Of a stretch of 64,000 nucleotides of DNA, positions 31,258 to 41,620 are shown in pieces. The stretch spans positions 128,001-192,000 of the forward strand of contig JBEKDT010000007.1 in assembly GCA_050014195.1 (NCBI GenBank), in the 5' to 3' direction. Numbering within the stretch: the first letter of the stretch is position 1; each line of letters opens with the position of its first letter. The position numbers and the translations under genes are program-made. The stretch is from Desulfomonilia bacterium (GTDB lineage: Bacteria > Desulfobacterota > Desulfomonilia > UBA1062). A model generated the notes under the pieces. The model did not search any database. It saw only the letters and a program-made list of their open reading frames with translations, and was not told the origin of the DNA.

Positions 31258-31623
31258 TTATTTCTCATCACTGTCATCTAATTTTGCCCTCAATGCAGTG
31301 GATAAGGAGAAGGTAATAGCACGCCTTGGGGATATGATCATTTCTTCGCCGGTCTTCGGATTACGACCTCTTCTCGCTCGCTTCTCCCTTACATGGAATT
31401 TACCAAAACCGGAGAAATTAACATCCTCACCCTTGCTCAGATTGGATTTGATAATCTGAATGAAAGTTTCGATACCTTCAGATGCAGTTACTTTATCCAG
31501 ACCTGTGTTCATGAGTATATCCTCAATAATATCCTCTTTGGTCAGATTCATATGGTCTCCTCTTAAGAATAAAATTCTTACTGTGCTTATAAGGAATATA
31601 CCATATGTAAGATAACATTCCAT
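31258..31623 (-). CDS. IHF/HU-family DNA-binding protein (IHF-alpha-like)
   Basis: SGFGKF..RRGRNPKTGEE; probable start MNLTKED (~31551). Confidence 0.9.
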   Translation of the reverse strand: MECYLTYGIFLISTVRILFLRGDHMNLTKEDIIEDILMNTGLDKVTASEGIETFIQIIKSNLSKGEDVNFSGFGKFHVREKRARRGRNPKTGEEMIISPRRAITFSLSTALRAKLDDSDEK

Positions 31624-31789
31624 AAGTTATCTTCAAACTGACCCCCCCCTCCCTTAATGCTTTGTTGATAGGATTGAGATGGTTTGAAGTATGATCCCGC
31701 ATGCAGCATGAAGATAGGAATATTATAATCAACCTTGCAAAGTAACTTTAACAATCATAGAATCAAATATTATATCAAGAGGAGTTTCC

Positions 31790-32212
31790 ATGAGGAAAAA
31801 GAGTCTGGAGTTCGTTCTGATGGTCAATGCTGTACTGGAGATCAAGGGTGATCAGGCACAGGTTGTTGTAAAAAATATCAAAGTAAAACCATCCATCATA
31901 TCTTTGCCAGTTGAGGCAGCTCCTACCATGAAGAGGAAACGTATAAAGAAGAAGCTCAGTAAATCAATCCATGACATAATCTTAGAATCTGCGAAAAAGG
32001 TCTCCAAGAAAGCAGATGATGGAATCTTCAAATCGGTGGACCTGTTTAATGTGGCAATCAAGAAATACCCTGAGCTGAATAAGAAGAGTTTCAACACCAT
32101 GGTCATATCAGCAGCCCCGGAACACACCTCATGGAAGTATACTCGCAATGGGAAGGACTACTTGGTCTATCTGGGCAAAGGGAGATATAAGCTGAGTGAT
32201 AAGATTAAGTAG
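31790..32212 (+). CDS. Hypothetical basic protein, possible winged helix
   Basis: GAGGAG RBS; Lys-rich; C-terminal GKGRYKL. Confidence 0.65.
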   Translation: MRKKSLEFVLMVNAVLEIKGDQAQVVVKNIKVKPSIISLPVEAAPTMKRKRIKKKLSKSIHDIILESAKKVSKKADDGIFKSVDLFNVAIKKYPELNKKSFNTMVISAAPEHTSWKYTRNGKDYLVYLGKGRYKLSDKIK

Positions 32213-32284
32213 GGTATCAGCTGTCCATTATACGAAAGCAAAAGATTCGCATCATATCTTTTCAATAAATACGAGGAGGCACTC

Positions 32285-32560
32285 ATGACAAAAACAGATT
32301 TAGTTGATGTTATTGCAGGCAAAGCAAAGATATCCAAATCAGCAGCATTGGAAGCCGTAGATGCACTCACAGAGTCAATTACTGGCGCTCTCAAGAAAGG
32401 CGATAAGATCATTTTAGTAGGTTTTGGGACCTTTGATGTTGCTAAAAGGGCAGCCAGAGAAGGTGTAAATCCTCAAACCAGGCAGAAGATAAAGATCAAG
32501 GCAAGCAAGGCTCCTCGTTTCAAAGCTGGCAAGGCACTGAAGGATGTTGTGAACAAGTAG
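32285..32560 (+). CDS. hup: HU DNA-binding protein
   Basis: MTKTDL..GFGTF..AREGVNPQT..PRFKAGKALK. Confidence 0.95.
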   Translation: MTKTDLVDVIAGKAKISKSAALEAVDALTESITGALKKGDKIILVGFGTFDVAKRAAREGVNPQTRQKIKIKASKAPRFKAGKALKDVVNK

Positions 32561-32699
32561 ATACCAGGACTAGCGGTTCTGGCTGCACAGCAGATGGGTG
32601 AAACGCACACACTTCCGCCAAGACAATTAAGACCGATAATGACTTTCGAGAGTTCACAAAAGCCCAGACTGAAGAAATTAAGATACGAAAGAAGAAATC

Positions 32700-33686
32700 A
32701 TGAAATCTATTATCCCTATCCTGCAGGAAATACCATATCAGGCATTACGCGCTGTGATCAGGCTCATCCGATGCCTGCCCTATAACCTCGTGGTGAATCT
32801 TTTTCGATTTATTGGCATCATCATGTGGCTCATAGACCCGTTCCATAGGAAGGTTGCCACAGTCCAGATACGCACCGCCCTTGGCATAGAAAATCCGTGG
32901 CGGCTTGTGCTGAAGGTATTCATGAACCAGACAGAAATAATTGTAGACACGATCCGGTATGCATTTATGAGCGATGAAGAGATCAGAAGCAGGATTGTGG
33001 TGGAGGGGAAGGAGCACGTAGATGAGGCGCTGGCAAGCGGACGGGGTCTCATGATGTTCACGGGCCACATCGGGAACTGGGAGATTCTCGGCCATATGAA
33101 GAAGGTTGTGGGCACTGAGTTTTACGCCATGGCTGATATCCGCAAAAATCCGAAGCTTGAAGCTATAGTGAACGATATCCGGGACCGCTGTGGTGCCATC
33201 GTCCTGCCACCAACGGGCACATTTCACATGCTTATTAATGAACTGAAAAAGTGCAAGACCATCGTCGGCATGATCATCGACATGCGTGGAGACCAGAAAG
33301 ACGACCTGTTCTGCGATATCTTCGGCATGCCGGCGCCTTCCAAATCCGCACCAGCCGCGATAGCACTCATAGGTAATGCCCTGGTAATGCCGGTCTATAC
33401 CATTAAGCAGAAAGGCACCTACCACTGGTACTTTGCCAAGGCTGTGGATACGGCACAGTATGGCGATGGGGATGAGGCTATACAGAAACTGAGTGACTTC
33501 ATGCAGTCCTGGGTGGCTTCTGTTGTCAGAAAACACCCAGAGCATTGGTTCTGGCTATACTCCAGATGGCTCAAACGATCGGACATGAGAAGGGTCATTA
33601 AAAAAAAGTTGGACTTCAAGGAGTACGTCCACAGGAAGATGGAAGCGGTATTGAGTGATCAGAGAGAAGTGAATAATGATTGGTGA
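32700..33686 (+). CDS. Lipid A late acyltransferase (LpxL/HtrB family)
   Basis: GHIGNWE, HPEHWFW..RW. Confidence 0.85.
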   Translation: MKSIIPILQEIPYQALRAVIRLIRCLPYNLVVNLFRFIGIIMWLIDPFHRKVATVQIRTALGIENPWRLVLKVFMNQTEIIVDTIRYAFMSDEEIRSRIVVEGKEHVDEALASGRGLMMFTGHIGNWEILGHMKKVVGTEFYAMADIRKNPKLEAIVNDIRDRCGAIVLPPTGTFHMLINELKKCKTIVGMIIDMRGDQKDDLFCDIFGMPAPSKSAPAAIALIGNALVMPVYTIKQKGTYHWYFAKAVDTAQYGDGDEAIQKLSDFMQSWVASVVRKHPEHWFWLYSRWLKRSDMRRVIKKKLDFKEYVHRKMEAVLSDQREVNNDW

Positions 33687-34292
33687 CTGTGAAATACATA
33701 ATAGTGATCATATGAAGGTGCCAATATAAAAAATCCAGTTTAATGGAGAATAAGACTCCTGTTTTTGCTCGGCAGATGTGTAAATTTCGTGCCGAGGCTA
33801 ATGGTTATTCCAGAGCATAGATTTATTTTGATAATCATCGAAAAAGATGGGCATGAAAAATCATAGATTAATACCATTATCAACAGTTTGATCATATTGG
33901 TGATAACTTCAATAAATGATCGCTTTCAAATCAGTCCTGAAAGTAGATGTATTCAGATGTAATCTAAGCTTGGGGACATCGCATATCAAAGTCCACATTA
34001 CCCATTCTTGGTTCCGATACCCGAGCTACAATAATAATTACAAAGTATGAACAAAGTTACCCCTTGCTATTATGGTCTTCTAAACCGCTATCTTCCTTAT
34101 ATGCAAGACCACCTCCTGAATAAGATTACCTAAGAACAATCTTCGAGCTCTCTTTACCATCATCACTGCTTCGGTATTCAGTCATCTTAAGTCTGATATC
34201 AAGTTACTACATGAGGCATTGATGAATCAAATGGTGCTCTCAGGACTGTAATAGATACCTTCATATGCATAAGATCTATAACGGAAAGAAGG

Positions 34293-34775
34293 TTGCTCAT
34301 GAAAAACTCATGGTTATTTATACTTGTTTTCATGATTCCAGGAACAGAAGTGATTCTTCTGTATAGTGAAAAGATTATTATTGATAAAGAAGACGAGGAT
34401 AATCCCTCTATTCAACAGAAGGCCATACAGCCAATACTTTCTGCTCCAACGTCAAAAGTGAATGAATCTGCTCTCATAAAAAGCGCTACAGATGAGATAA
34501 AGATTTCTGACAGGAATGAAATCCATTTCGATTTTGTCATGCCCACCCTTGAGCCTGATGTGCCAGATATATTGAACCAGAAGCTGTCTTTCATCAAGGT
34601 ACATCCAGATTTTAAATTTTGGATAAAGAGAAATCATGGTGAAGGAGACACAATAGGATCAAAACTTACACTTGGTGACCGTAGGGCTAGGGCTTTCCAG
34701 AACGATCTTGTTCATCAGGGAATGAAGAAAGAACGGGTTTCATCCATAAGTTATGTGGAGGTGAATCATGGTTGA
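34293..34775 (+). pseudogene. Degenerate Pal/OmpA-C paralogue
   Basis: IHFDF, LGDRRA, SSISY retained; lipobox, DERG and KNRR lost. Confidence 0.65.
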
Positions 34776-35076
34776 AAACAATTCAAACTGTCCAAAAAGT
34801 CACCATATTTTATCTGCTTCCGCAAATCTACTGGGCATATGCTTTTTGATATTCAACATTATCAGGGTATCAAAGATGCATGAGAAGACCTTTCTCGATG
34901 ACCTATGCCTGGTAGGGATACTTTTATTCATGGCTTCCAGTTTAATGTCATATAGTTCTATACGTTCTACGACAAAACAGGATTCTTATGAAAAAGCGGC
35001 AGATACTATCTTCATGGGTGCTCTGCTCTTCTTGTGTCTTGTTACTACGGTTACAGCTCTTGGGCTGATCTATTGA
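34768..35076 (+). CDS. Small 3-TM membrane protein (paralogue of 18465-18773)
   Basis: KSHHILSAS.NLLGICFLIF.IIRVS.MHEKT.LDDLCLVGILLFMA shared. Confidence 0.8.
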   Translation: MVENNSNCPKSHHILSASANLLGICFLIFNIIRVSKMHEKTFLDDLCLVGILLFMASSLMSYSSIRSTTKQDSYEKAADTIFMGALLFLCLVTTVTALGLIY

Positions 35077-35092
35077 AGGATAGAACTTGTGT

Positions 35093-35782
35093 TTATTTCC
35101 CTTCCGAGAGTTCCTCAAGGGCTTTATAGTCCAGAATAGTGATCATCCGGCCCTGAACTTCCAGTACCCCATCATTCTGCATCTTTCGCAGCGTCCGGGA
35201 CAGGGCCTCGGGAGTTGCTCCCAGTATCTTGGAAAGTTCCCGGTGGGTGACCGGGAGGTCGATCCTCAGGCCGTTCTCTTCATCCTTCCGGTACAGGGCC
35301 ATGATTAAACCGGCCAGACGCTGGGGAATCTCTTGGAGAGCCAGGGACTCGATGAGGCTCATGGATTCCTTGAGCCTTCGGGACAACACCCGCAGGATGT
35401 TCAGGAGGAGTGCAGGTTCTTTCATGACGATATCTTCAACGGCTGGTCCGGGAATGGTGAGTATGTCGGACTTTTTCAGTGCAAGTGCCTCGGCGGGAAA
35501 ATCATGGGTGGCAAAGGCTGTACACAGGCCGAATGGTTCCCCAGGCCCTAAAAGGTACAGGGTCTGTTCCTTACCTTCTATCGAGCTCTTGGAGAGTTTC
35601 ACCTGCCCTGAAACAACGACAAAGAACTGCTTGACCAGGTCCGTCTCAGCAACGATCACCTCTCCCGGTTGGTATGTCCCGATCAGTATACGCCGGGATA
35701 GAGCCTCCAATACTTTATTGGAGAGCCCTTGAAAAATAGAGATGTCCTGTATCTGTTTCAGAGTATCCATAAAAAATTTCAT
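35093..35782 (-). CDS. Crp/Fnr family transcriptional regulator
   Basis: cNMP-binding fold (GQVKL..GKEQTL..GPGEPFG) + HTH (THRELS..GATPEALSR); no FNR Cys cluster. Confidence 0.92.
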   Translation of the reverse strand: MKFFMDTLKQIQDISIFQGLSNKVLEALSRRILIGTYQPGEVIVAETDLVKQFFVVVSGQVKLSKSSIEGKEQTLYLLGPGEPFGLCTAFATHDFPAEALALKKSDILTIPGPAVEDIVMKEPALLLNILRVLSRRLKESMSLIESLALQEIPQRLAGLIMALYRKDEENGLRIDLPVTHRELSKILGATPEALSRTLRKMQNDGVLEVQGRMITILDYKALEELSEGK

Positions 35783-35783
35783 T

Positions 35784-35803
35784 TCATTGATCTAGATCAA
35801 TGA
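35784..35803. promoter_or_regulatory. FNR-type box TTGAT-N4-ATCAA in a perfect 20-bp palindrome
   Basis: TCATTGATCTAGATCAATGA between the divergent crp/fnr and trxA genes. Confidence 0.85.
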
Positions 35804-35906
35804 CTGTATCGCCATGGGGGTATATGTCTAGCTTCATGGGATGAGATCTTTTTATCATAAGGAAGAATCCCTGAGCAAAAGAAATCACAGATGTAAGGAG
35901 TGAAAG

Positions 35907-36242
35907 ATGGCTGACAAAGAATACGTAATTCATGCAGATGATAACACGTTTGATGTCGCTGTTAAGAAATCTGATTACCCCATCCTGGTAGATTTCTGGG
36001 CACCCTGGTGCGGACCCTGCCGGGCTATCGGGCCTGTGCTTGAAGAGATAGCCAAGGAATATGATGGGCGGGTGAATGTCGTGAAGGTGAATGTTGATGA
36101 GAGTCCTGAAACGTCGAGAAAATTCGGGGTCCGGAGCATCCCAACATTATTGTTCATAAAGCAGGGAAAGGTTCAGGATACCCAGGTGGGATCATTACCC
36201 CGGACACAGCTGGCATCCTTTATAGACAAGAATTTAGCATAA
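35907..36242 (+). CDS. trxA: Thioredoxin
   Basis: DFWAPWCGPC, SIPTL. Confidence 0.97.
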   Translation: MADKEYVIHADDNTFDVAVKKSDYPILVDFWAPWCGPCRAIGPVLEEIAKEYDGRVNVVKVNVDESPETSRKFGVRSIPTLLFIKQGKVQDTQVGSLPRTQLASFIDKNLA

Positions 36243-36277
36243 CAAATCAGTAACATGAGAAAGAAGGAAAATAGTCC

Positions 36278-36499
36278 ATGAACGATTTTTTGCTATTCAT
36301 TCTCATTGTGTTTGTCTGGTACGTACTCCAGAGCTGGTTATTACCAAAACTGGGTGTACCGACCTGAGGGTCAAACCAGTCCTGCCAGGTGGCGGACAAA
36401 ACACCTAAAGGCACAGATAAGAAACCAGGCTTATCCAAGACAGTCTCTCTTGCAAAGGAAATGGTGGATCATGACAAAAAACATGGGAACAGCAGATAA
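36278..36499 (+). CDS. Putative small single-TM selenoprotein (Sec codon 36365-36367)
   Basis: AAGGA RBS; MNDFLLFILIVFVWYVLQSWLLPKLGVPT-TGA-GSNQSC..; SECIS-like hairpin 36379-36397. Confidence 0.65.
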
Positions 36500-36671
36500 G
36501 GCAATCAGGTTACTTTTAGTAATAGTAGTGGCAGTACTTTATCTTACAGGGTCAATAACCGGGGTTGCAGCAATCGTTCTGGGCATCATTGCAGCTATCT
36601 TTATCATCACCAGTCTCATCAGTTTCTGCCCACTGTATGTCCCGTTGAAGATTTCGACGAGAAAAAGATGA
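36471..36671 (+). CDS. DUF2892 (YgaP-like) membrane protein
   Basis: MTKNMGTADKAIR...FCPLY; true start lies inside track ORF 36306. Confidence 0.88.
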   Translation: MTKNMGTADKAIRLLLVIVVAVLYLTGSITGVAAIVLGIIAAIFIITSLISFCPLYVPLKISTRKR

Positions 36672-36786
36672 CAGCCACTCTATTGCTGCCCCTAGCCAGG
36701 CTAGGATGTTCTTATTATTATTAGGAAAATATGTAGAGCATGCACTGTTACACAAGGATATAGAAAATACCAGTCAGGAGGTAGAT

Positions 36787-38082
36787 ATGAGGAGAATCTC
36801 TAGTATTCTGGCATTAACAGTAATGACAATCATGGTGTCTAGTTCAGGAGCACTCGCCACCAACGGTGACAACCTGATCGGCATCGGGCCTATTTCCCGC
36901 TCCATGGGCGGAGTCGGCATCGCAGCCCCCCAGGACGCCATCAGTGCGGTGTTTGCAAACCCTGCAGCCATGTGCGTAGGACCATACTGCCCGGCCTCGG
37001 CCTTTGATTTTGCCGGCACTCTGTTCATGCCAAAGATCAAGGGAGAGGTCGATACGAATGGCAGCATCGTGAAGTCCGATAGTGCGGATACAGAATACAG
37101 TATACCTGCCATCGGTATCAGCGTGCCGATTACCGACAAGCTTCCCCTCTGGAGATTCGGCCTTGCAGCCTACGGGGTGACAGGCCTCGGTGTGGACTAT
37201 CGCGGCAAAGACCTTGACAAAGCCACACTCGGGGGGAGCTATCCTCTTGTTTCCGGGTCATATACCTCTCTCCAGGTCATGAAGTTCGCGCCTGCCATTG
37301 CGTTTGAACCGATGGATAAACTTTCCCTGGGCATGGCAGTGCATATCGACTATGCCACCCTGGATCTCAGGGACGGATCGTCACCGAATTATGGTGCAGG
37401 AGTCCAGCTCGGCGCCCTTTATCATCCCATTGATCCTGTCACTATCGGCCTGAATTATACAACACCCCAGAGAGTGACATATAAGAACGTCGCCGACTTC
37501 GAGCAGAATGGCACGCTCGACAACCTCAAACTCGATTCACCCCAGCAGCTTGGCGGGGGAGTGGCATATGAGAACCCCACAATCATGAACCTGCTCGTTG
37601 AAGCAGATGTGACTTGGGTGAACTGGTCGAACGCAGCAGGGTACTCTGACTTTGATTGGAAAGATCAGTGCGTTTATGCCCTGGGAGTCCAGGTGGAGCC
37701 TGTGAAGAGATTTACCTTGAGGGCCGGATATAACTACGGAAACAACCCGGTCAAGAAACACAACAACTTTAATGGAAGCTTTAATTTCTCCAACCCTCAA
37801 CAGCCGGTCCCCAACAGTGTCAAGAATGTCCAGGGTAGTACCCTGCCCACATACTACTATGAGACCTTCAGGATCATCGGGTTCCCTGCCATTGTGGAAC
37901 AGCATATAACCTGCGGCGCAGGTTATAAGTTTACCGATCGGTTTGCTGTGAACCTCGGTTATATGCATGCCTTTGAGAACACCATCTCTGAGTCCGGTAC
38001 CAACCCCCTGGGCCAGCCGGTCACACTCAAGTCAAAGCTGAGCGAAGACAGCCTTGATTTCGGGCTCACATGGTATTTTTAA
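36787..38082 (+). CDS. OmpP1/FadL-family outer membrane transporter
   Basis: SRSMGG..A, ANPAAM, C-terminal WYF; start at MRRISS after AGGAGG. Confidence 0.88.
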   Translation: MRRISSILALTVMTIMVSSSGALATNGDNLIGIGPISRSMGGVGIAAPQDAISAVFANPAAMCVGPYCPASAFDFAGTLFMPKIKGEVDTNGSIVKSDSADTEYSIPAIGISVPITDKLPLWRFGLAAYGVTGLGVDYRGKDLDKATLGGSYPLVSGSYTSLQVMKFAPAIAFEPMDKLSLGMAVHIDYATLDLRDGSSPNYGAGVQLGALYHPIDPVTIGLNYTTPQRVTYKNVADFEQNGTLDNLKLDSPQQLGGGVAYENPTIMNLLVEADVTWVNWSNAAGYSDFDWKDQCVYALGVQVEPVKRFTLRAGYNYGNNPVKKHNNFNGSFNFSNPQQPVPNSVKNVQGSTLPTYYYETFRIIGFPAIVEQHITCGAGYKFTDRFAVNLGYMHAFENTISESGTNPLGQPVTLKSKLSEDSLDFGLTWYF

Positions 38083-38128
38083 TGCAGGAACAGCTCCGAT
38101 CAACTCGGCAAGATAGCACACAGGAGGC

Positions 38129-41100
38129 ATGAGAATGTCGAATCTCAGCAATACCCATAAGGAATATCTCAAGGAAAAATTCAAGGACCGTGTGAATTTC
38201 GATGACGTGGAGCGAATGCTCTACAGCCACGACATAGCTGCCATGCCGAGTCTTATCAAGCCGCTCATCGGCGATACCACCCCTGATGCTGTGGTGCAGC
38301 CCCAAAGCGAAGAAGAGCTGAAAGAATTGGTGATGTGGGCCGCCAAAAACCATGTCCCGCTCACACCGAGGGGAAAGGCATCATCGGGCTATGGAGGGGT
38401 CCTGCCAGTTGAGAACGGCATTGTGGTGGACTTCTATCGAATGAAAAAGGTGCTTTCTGTCGATAAAGACAAGCTTACAGCAACTGTCCAGCCCGGAATC
38501 GTCTGGGAGGCGCTTGATCATGAGTTGAAGAAGAAAGGCATGACGCTGCTTACCTACCCATCAAGCTACCCGAGCTCAACGGCAGGGGGCTGGCTTGCCC
38601 AGGGAGGTGCTGGCTTCGGTTCATTTGAAGCAGGCTGGTTCAGGGACATCGTGCTGAGCGCCCGTGTCGTGCTCCCCGATGGCATGGTCAGTGTTTTTGA
38701 GGGGAAAGATCTTGATATGATCAGCGATGCGGAAGGCATAACCGGTCTCATCAGCGAGATCACCCTAAAGGTTCAGAATGATGAGCCCATGGATCTGGTC
38801 TCCATCGGCTGTCCGAACCCCCACGATCTCCAGAATCTCATGGAGGCAATGATAGCGCAGGACCTGCCCATATGGTCCATCGTGTTTATCAACCCCAAGA
38901 TGGCTGAAATGAAGAACCAGGCGCCCATCATGGAGCACTGGGGACACCCTGCAGAGGAGCGAGTGCTCCTGCCTGCATCCTACATCATCACACTCACATT
39001 CAGAAAGAAGGACTCCCAAAAAATTATGGACGGCCTCAATAAGATCATCAAGCTATGCGAGGCTGAAATCTTGAGCGATAGAATAGCACACCATGAATGG
39101 AAACACCGATTCAAGCTCATGGTTGTGAAACGCTTAGGCCCAAGCCTTGTGCCCGCAGAGGTGGTCATCCCGCTGTCTGCCTTCGGCGACTTCATGAAGA
39201 AGGTGGAGAGCACCATCCAGCAGCCCGTGGTAAAGGAAGGCGTGGTCATCAGGAAATCCACATCCGGCAAGCCCGAGGTGGTCATCCTCGGATTCATCCC
39301 GAGCGATGAGCGGAAGTTCAGCTACAACTTTGTCTTCCCCCTGTCGCTCACAGTCATGAAGATCGCTGAAAAATATGGCGGACGAGCGTATGCCACAGGG
39401 CTCTATTTCAAGAGCAAGGCAAAGGCAGTCCTTGGGAAGGACCGGCTTGCACGGATGAAATCTTTCAAGAAAAAGATAGACCCCAAGGGTATTCTCAACC
39501 CCGGCAAGGTGCTTGGCGCAGGACTTATCGGGACTGCTGTAAAACTGGCAAGCATATTCGAGCCGTTCATAAGGCCTTTCAGTTATGCCATCATCACGGA
39601 AGTGGGGGAGAGGCCTGAAAAAGATGTTCGGGATATCCCACCTGATGTTGCCTGGTATGCCTACAGCTGCTCCCAGTGCGGCTACTGTGTGGATGAGTGC
39701 GACCAGTTCTATGGTCGGGGATGGGAGAGCCAAAGCCCGAGAGGCAAATGGTACTGGTTGCGCGAGTACATGAAGGGCAAGCAGGAGTGGAACCAGAAGA
39801 TGGTGGATACCTTTCTTGTGTGTACCACCTGTGAGCTCTGCAATTTCCGCTGCTCTGCAGCGCTTCCTATCGAACCCTCCTGGATGAAGCTCAGGGGCAA
39901 GCTTGTAGATGAAGAAAAGAAGATGACCTTCCCGCCCTTTGAGATCATGTCTGCTGCAGCCATGAAAGAAGGCAATATCTGGGCCGGTTATCGTAAGGAC
40001 CGATCTAAATGGTTCCCTGAAGATCTGAAAGAGAAGCACGGACCCGGAGTAACGGCCAAGAACGTCTATTTTGCAGGGTGCACGGCCAGCTATGTGGAAG
40101 AAGACATCGGTATGGCGAGCGTGCGGCTGCTGGACAAGGCAGGGGTGGATTTCACCTATGTGGGCAACAAGGAGAACTGCTGCGGCACTCCCATGCTCGT
40201 TGCCGGCAAGTGGGATGTTTTCGAAGCGATCATGAGGAAGAACATCAAGGCTGTCAAAGAAGCGGGCAGTGACACCGTTATTACCTCCTGTCCTGCATGC
40301 AACATGATGTGGCGACATGTCTACCCGACATGGGCTAAAAAGCTGGGTATCGATTATGACATAACGGCACGCCACTACAGCGAGATCCTTTCGGAAAAGA
40401 TAAGATCGGGCGAGTTCACCTTCCCAGATACGGGGCAGAAGGAGGTCACGGTCACCTGGCATGACTCATGCCATATCGGACGCGTCTCTGGCGTTTATGA
40501 GGAACCACGGGACCTCATCAAGGCGATCCCCCATGTGAAATTCGTTGAGATGGATTATCATCATGCCGAGGCGCACTGCTGCGGGAGCGTGCTCAACCTC
40601 CTCAAGGAGCCCCTGGTAGCCGCGGATATCGGTGAGACGCGCCTGAACGAGGCACTGGATGCTGGAGCCCAGAAGGTCCTGGCCCTGTGCCCATGTTGCG
40701 AGTTCCAGTTCCGGGTCACTGCGGACAAGAAGAAGATGCCCATCGAAGTAGTTGACCTCGCACGGTTCTCCGCGTCCGCCCTGGGGTATGATTTCCCTGA
40801 TCCCAACCCCGAGGTGGCCAAGCAGTGGGCCGTGTTCGAAGCCATGATAGCACTCATGACTCCGCAGGGGTTTGCCGACCTCATGGGCACCATGTGGCCA
40901 GAGCTCATCTCGTCAATGCCGTTCGGCATGGGGCCCATGATGCGCATTATGGGCAAAATCCCGGGTGCACTTGACCTCATGAAGCCCATGTTCCCAATAC
41001 TCTTCCCCAGGCTGCTGCCCATGATGATGCCTAAGGTCATGGACACCATGCTCAAGAAGGTGGGCGAGCGCATCCCCATGCCCGACTACATGCGCGAGCA

Positions 41101-41215
41101 GATGCCTGAACTTATGCCCAAGGTCATGGATAACCTTATGCCTCATATGATAGGTGATGTGGTGCCGCTGGTCACTCAGCCCATGATTAATTATTTAAAA
41201 GGAAAACCACATTAA
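38129..41215 (+). CDS. FAD-binding (GlcD/LDH-like) + 4Fe-4S + CCG-domain oxidoreductase with Met-rich tail
   Basis: PRGKASSGYGG, DPKGILNPGK, CSQCGYC..C, CTTCELC..C, two CCG motifs. Confidence 0.9.
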   Translation: MRMSNLSNTHKEYLKEKFKDRVNFDDVERMLYSHDIAAMPSLIKPLIGDTTPDAVVQPQSEEELKELVMWAAKNHVPLTPRGKASSGYGGVLPVENGIVVDFYRMKKVLSVDKDKLTATVQPGIVWEALDHELKKKGMTLLTYPSSYPSSTAGGWLAQGGAGFGSFEAGWFRDIVLSARVVLPDGMVSVFEGKDLDMISDAEGITGLISEITLKVQNDEPMDLVSIGCPNPHDLQNLMEAMIAQDLPIWSIVFINPKMAEMKNQAPIMEHWGHPAEERVLLPASYIITLTFRKKDSQKIMDGLNKIIKLCEAEILSDRIAHHEWKHRFKLMVVKRLGPSLVPAEVVIPLSAFGDFMKKVESTIQQPVVKEGVVIRKSTSGKPEVVILGFIPSDERKFSYNFVFPLSLTVMKIAEKYGGRAYATGLYFKSKAKAVLGKDRLARMKSFKKKIDPKGILNPGKVLGAGLIGTAVKLASIFEPFIRPFSYAIITEVGERPEKDVRDIPPDVAWYAYSCSQCGYCVDECDQFYGRGWESQSPRGKWYWLREYMKGKQEWNQKMVDTFLVCTTCELCNFRCSAALPIEPSWMKLRGKLVDEEKKMTFPPFEIMSAAAMKEGNIWAGYRKDRSKWFPEDLKEKHGPGVTAKNVYFAGCTASYVEEDIGMASVRLLDKAGVDFTYVGNKENCCGTPMLVAGKWDVFEAIMRKNIKAVKEAGSDTVITSCPACNMMWRHVYPTWAKKLGIDYDITARHYSEILSEKIRSGEFTFPDTGQKEVTVTWHDSCHIGRVSGVYEEPRDLIKAIPHVKFVEMDYHHAEAHCCGSVLNLLKEPLVAADIGETRLNEALDAGAQKVLALCPCCEFQFRVTADKKKMPIEVVDLARFSASALGYDFPDPNPEVAKQWAVFEAMIALMTPQGFADLMGTMWPELISSMPFGMGPMMRIMGKIPGALDLMKPMFPILFPRLLPMMMPKVMDTMLKKVGERIPMPDYMREQMPELMPKVMDNLMPHMIGDVVPLVTQPMINYLKGKPH

Positions 41216-41236
41216 AAGAGAACCAGGGAGGGAACC

Positions 41237-41620
41237 ATGAGAATAGGAAGATCTCTAGGTCTAGTATTCTTACTTATCCTGACAGTAGGAATTATTCAGG
41301 GGTGCTCTCATCGTTGGCATGATTGGGATGATCAATGTTATGGCCATGGTGGAGGAATGATGTGGCATGGTGGAGGCTGTGGGCCAGGCATGATGGGCTC
41401 AGGACCAGGTTACTATCGTTCTGGAGAACCACTAACAATTGATCAAGCCAAATCGACAGTGGAACGTTATATAGCTTTTTCAAGAAATCCTAATATCAAG
41501 GTTGGTCAAGTCACAGAAAAAGACAAATATTTTGAGGCTGAGATTATCACAAAAGAAGGATCTATAGTAGATAAGCTTATGATAGATAAGCAAACCGGAT
41601 GGATGAGATCGGTTTATTAG
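41237..41620 (+). CDS. Lipoprotein with His/Gly/Met-rich segment and PepSY-like domain
   Basis: Lipobox IQGC; HGGGMMWHGGGCGPGMMG; IDKQTG. Confidence 0.75.
   Translation: MRIGRSLGLVFLLILTVGIIQGCSHRWHDWDDQCYGHGGGMMWHGGGCGPGMMGSGPGYYRSGEPLTIDQAKSTVERYIAFSRNPNIKVGQVTEKDKYFEAEIITKEGSIVDKLMIDKQTGWMRSVY

Noticed and set aside
36306-36470. N-terminal extension of the DUF2892 ORF
   Set aside because: Overlaps the TM/Sec peptide frame; the DUF2892 family start fits ATG 36471.
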